Source of the DNA: a virus
Taxonomy: Duplodnaviria; Caudoviricetes
Strand: one strand, 5' to 3'
IMG/VR virus record: IMGVR_UViG_2529293276_000003
Coordinates: 4,067-68,066 of that record
DNA length: 64,000 bases
Shown here: piece by piece, positions 61,887 through 64,000 of the stretch
Layout of the letters: every line of letters begins with the position of its first letter
Numbering within the stretch: position 1 is the stretch's first letter
Made by a program: the position numbers and the translations under genes
Notes under the pieces: model-generated
Seen by the model: only the letters and a program-made list of their open reading frames with translations
Databases searched by the model: none
What the model was told of the DNA's origin: nothing

Positions 61887-62972
61887 ATGTATTCTGTATT
61901 TAATCCCAACCCCAATGATGCTACCCAAGAGCCAATGTTCTTGGGTGAATCAGTGAATGTATCACGGTTTGATAAACAACGATACCCTATCTTTGAACAG
62001 CTTACAGAAAAACAAATCAGTTTCTTTTGGAGACCTGAGGAGATTGATGTATCTAAAGACCGTAGAGACTTTATTGAGCTACCTGAACATGAACAACATA
62101 TCTTTGTATCTAATCTAAAATACCAAACACTACTAGATAGTGTACAAGGTCGTAGTCCTAATGTTGTATTATTACCTTTGGTTTCAGTACCTGAACTTGA
62201 AACTTGGATTGAAACATGGGCTTTTTTTGAAAGTATTCATGCTCGTAGTTATACGCACATTATCCGCAATATCTTTAATAATCCCAGTGAGATTTTAGAT
62301 GATATTGTGATTAACCCTGAGATTATCAAAAGAGCTGAATCCATCTCAAAATACTATGATGAACTACATAGCTTATCTTTAGAGTATCAGCAAGGTAAGC
62401 AGGTAGATATGTATGAGCTAAGAAAACGCTTATATCTGTGCATTATGAGCGTCAATGTGCTTGAAGCTATCCGCTTTTATGTATCATTTGCCTGTTCATT
62501 TGCTTTTGCTGAACGAAAAGTGATGGAAGGTAATGCTAAGATTATCAAATTAATTGCAAGAGATGAAGCATTACATTTGAATGGTACACAACATATCCTA
62601 ACTTTATTGGTAAAAGAACATGAAGATTATCAGACAATTACTCAAACATGTAAAGATGAGATTTACGATATATTTGAGTCTGCTTATGAACAAGAGCGAG
62701 CTTGGATTGACTATTTATTTAAAGACGGCTCTATGATTGGTTTAAATAAAGAGATATTGACTCAATATCTTCAGTATATTACCGATATTCGTATGAGTGC
62801 CATTGGCTTAGAGCCTGTTTTTAATACCAAAAACCCAATCCCTTGGATTAATAATTGGTTATCTTCTGATAATGTCCAAGTAGCCCCACAAGAAACAGAG
62901 ATTACATCTTATGTTGTAGGTCAGATTGATTCTGATTTGAGTGATTTAGATTTTAATGATGTACAGCTATAA
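61887..62972 (+). CDS. nrdB: Class Ia ribonucleotide reductase beta subunit
   Basis: [35 protein letters not shown] and C-terminal [10 protein letters not shown]. Confidence 0.96.
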   Translation: MYSVFNPNPNDATQEPMFLGESVNVSRFDKQRYPIFEQLTEKQISFFWRPEEIDVSKDRRDFIELPEHEQHIFVSNLKYQTLLDSVQGRSPNVVLLPLVSVPELETWIETWAFFESIHARSYTHIIRNIFNNPSEILDDIVINPEIIKRAESISKYYDELHSLSLEYQQGKQVDMYELRKRLYLCIMSVNVLEAIRFYVSFACSFAFAERKVMEGNAKIIKLIARDEALHLNGTQHILTLLVKEHEDYQTITQTCKDEIYDIFESAYEQERAWIDYLFKDGSMIGLNKEILTQYLQYITDIRMSAIGLEPVFNTKNPIPWINNWLSSDNVQVAPQETEITSYVVGQIDSDLSDLDFNDVQL

Positions 62973-62974
62973 TA

Positions 62975-63000
62975 AGTTACCCCCTAATAAGGGGGTAACT
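62975..63000. terminator. Bidirectional terminator between nrdB and the integrase
   Basis: AGTTACCCCCT-AATA-AGGGGGTAACT. Confidence 0.75.
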
Positions 63001-63001
63001 T

Positions 63002-64000
63002 TTAATTAAAGTAACTGGCTAATTCATCAACAGTAGGGTTATAGTAAACATTTACTAAGGTTTTAATATCCTTATGTCCTGTAATTTTAGCCAGCTTTTC
63101 TACAGGGATATTTAAATCCCTAACCATCCTTGATATGGCTTCATGTCTTGTATCATGAAAATGTAAATCTTTAATCCATAATTGCTGTCGCATTCTTCTC
63201 CATATCAAATTAAAATTATCTAAGCGAATACAAAATAACCTGTCTGTTAATGGGGTAACTTGTTTTAGCATTTGTCTTGCTGTTGTATTTAAGATCACAT
63301 TCCTAGCCATACCATTTTTACTATGACTAATATGCACATAGTTTTCATGGATATGGTCTTTAGTAAGTGCTAATATCTCTCCCCTACGCATGGCTGTTTG
63401 CAGGGCAAATAAGAAACACCAACCCACTTGTTTTCTACAAGTATCAGGAACATCCCCTAAAGTATAACCTGTCCATTGTAGTATTTTGGCTTCTTCTTCA
63501 AGGGTAATTCTTCTATCCCTAGAAGCTGGTTTACTGGGTCGTTTGACTTTATTCATTGGATTGGTTTCAAAAATATATAACTCATTAATTGCATAATTAA
63601 ATACACAATTTAAAAAAGATAATTCAAGTAATACAGAACCTTGAGATACCTGTAATAAGCGTCTGTCCCTGTATGCAGATAATTGTTTGGGGGTAATTTG
63701 TGTAATTGCAGTTGTAACCAAATCAGGGTGCTGTTTCACCATAATATTAATAATACTCTCAGCTCTTTTACCGTTTTTACGCAAGCTTAGTACTTTATTT
63801 CTGTATATATCAATCACTTCTAATAAACTCAGGTTACTTTGTTCATTAAAATAAAGCAGTTCTTGGCACAGTGTATTAAACCAGTCTATACATTCTTGTT
63901 CTGATGATTTCGTTGCTGAGTATCTTTTACCATGTATCATGGTTTGGATACGATACCTACAACCCACCTGACTAATCTTAGGGATATTTTTAAGTACCAT
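63002..64000 (-). CDS. int: Tyrosine recombinase / phage integrase (start at the window edge, may extend further)
   Basis: TAMRRGEI (R), HFHDTRH (HxxR), ITGH (H) and NVYY (Y). N-terminal arm-binding-like beta segment. Confidence 0.93.
   Translation of the reverse strand: MVLKNIPKISQVGCRYRIQTMIHGKRYSATKSSEQECIDWFNTLCQELLYFNEQSNLSLLEVIDIYRNKVLSLRKNGKRAESIINIMVKQHPDLVTTAITQITPKQLSAYRDRRLLQVSQGSVLLELSFLNCVFNYAINELYIFETNPMNKVKRPSKPASRDRRITLEEEAKILQWTGYTLGDVPDTCRKQVGWCFLFALQTAMRRGEILALTKDHIHENYVHISHSKNGMARNVILNTTARQMLKQVTPLTDRLFCIRLDNFNLIWRRMRQQLWIKDLHFHDTRHEAISRMVRDLNIPVEKLAKITGHKDIKTLVNVYYNPTVDELASYFN

Larger units (their letters stand above)
1..64000. mobile_element. N4-like (Schitoviridae) phage genome, probably a prophage; both ends lie outside the window
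   Basis: All N4 hallmark genes in syntenic blocks, plus an integrase and a permuted gene order. No att site or host gene is visible. Confidence 0.85.

Noticed and set aside
1-64000. att sites, tRNA genes, introns or inteins in polymerase, nrdB or terminase
   Set aside because: None seen. These genes are of ordinary length and uninterrupted, and both element boundaries lie outside the window.

Overview
The whole window is most of an AT-rich N4-like phage genome (Schitoviridae). No host genes, tRNAs, rRNAs or CRISPR arrays were seen. On the minus strand lie a giant virion RNA polymerase (<1..10983, at least 3661 codons, missing from the ORF track because it runs off the window edge) and the N4-type virion and packaging block from ejection proteins to TerS. 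On the plus strand lie early genes, the two-subunit RNAPII, replication and nucleotide genes, a tail-fibre cassette and nrdB. A minus-strand lysis pair interrupts the middle genes, and a tyrosine integrase sits at the right edge. The gene order is circularly permuted relative to the N4 virion map and opens next to the integrase, which suggests a prophage. The host is probably Moraxella-like (inference only). Most notable observations: (1) the vRNAP is polyvalent, with an SGNH esterase beside a tail-lysozyme domain, a zincin HExxH domain and a PBECR1-type RNase; (2) an apparently temperate N4-like phage has no recognisable CI repressor; (3) two host-sigma70-type accessory operons look like defence systems (IrrE peptidase plus membrane protein; adhesin-E-like protein plus membrane-anchored DUF559 nuclease); (4) five diverged paralogous small genes lie in tandem between the RNAPII subunits; (5) a gp54-like structural protein is greatly expanded by periodic coiled-coil repeats. 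Family calls come from hand translation and motif recognition, not database searches.
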